Assembly: GCA_016932855.1 (NCBI GenBank) | Contig: JAFGCB010000023.1 | Location: forward strand, 4,825 to 68,824 | DNA: 64,000 nt | Origin: Candidatus Omnitrophota bacterium | Lineage (GTDB): Bacteria > Omnitrophota > Gorgyraeia > Duberdicusellales > Duberdicusellaceae | Direction: 5' to 3' | Text below: more notes on this DNA, generated by a model | Told to the model about the DNA's origin: nothing | The model's database searches: none | What the model saw: the letters and a program-made list of their open reading frames with translations, nothing else | DNA letters: not shown here | Position numbering within the stretch: position 1 is the stretch's first letter

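Noticed and set aside
488-63101. Dozens of 60-190 aa plus-strand ORFs and a few nested minus-strand ORFs in the track
   Set aside because: They overlap well-supported minus-strand genes, lack recognisable motifs and read as antisense or alternate-frame shadows.
63965-63967. GTG at 63967 as the true start
   Set aside because: The frame stays open to base 64000, so the gene probably begins upstream of the window.
14087-64000. Giant ORF as an artefact of stop-codon reassignment or misassembly
   Set aside because: The frame is open under the standard code, and neighbouring genes end in TAA, TAG and TGA. Chimeric assembly would not keep about 50 kb in frame with consistent punctuation. Module order near the repeats should still be confirmed with long reads.
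14087-64000. Inteins or NRPS/PKS/RTX/Rhs repeats as the explanation for the size
   Set aside because: I recognised no intein C...HN-[CST] blocks, adenylation or ketosynthase motifs, GGxGxD repeats or YD repeats.
1-64000. tRNA, rRNA, integrase or transposase genes
   Set aside because: None recognised. The intergenic gaps are short and show no cloverleaf or rRNA signatures.

Overview
All credible genes lie on the minus strand. Bases 1-13.7 kb hold a sugar/glycan locus: ROK regulator, TPR protein, two clan GH-A TIM-barrel glycoside hydrolase-like proteins, a tandem carbohydrate-binding-like protein, a GPH/MFS symporter, a carbohydrate ABC binding protein with two permeases, and a PilZ protein. 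A small GIY-YIG nuclease with adjacent hairpins follows. Bases 14087-64000 are the 3' part of one uninterrupted giant ORF (more than 16,600 aa, still open at the window edge). Giant genes of this kind are known from Omnitrophota, so that lineage is my inference, not something the sequence proves. The giant protein reads as a string of unrelated whole-protein-sized modules: NagB/PIG-L, HAD, DUF89/ARMT1, HPr-like, RpiA, radical SAM, methyltransferases, Cys-His-Asp transglutaminase-like, LspA-like, sigma-like, HATPase, Fis HTH and a terminal LysM. About 60 Ser-Ser-Pro motifs (manual count) separate the modules. Several junctions also carry a shared DNA repeat and a covarying palindrome. The most interesting reading is a module-accreting, possibly processed polyprotein. 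Domain calls come from motif recognition by eye and their boundaries are approximate.
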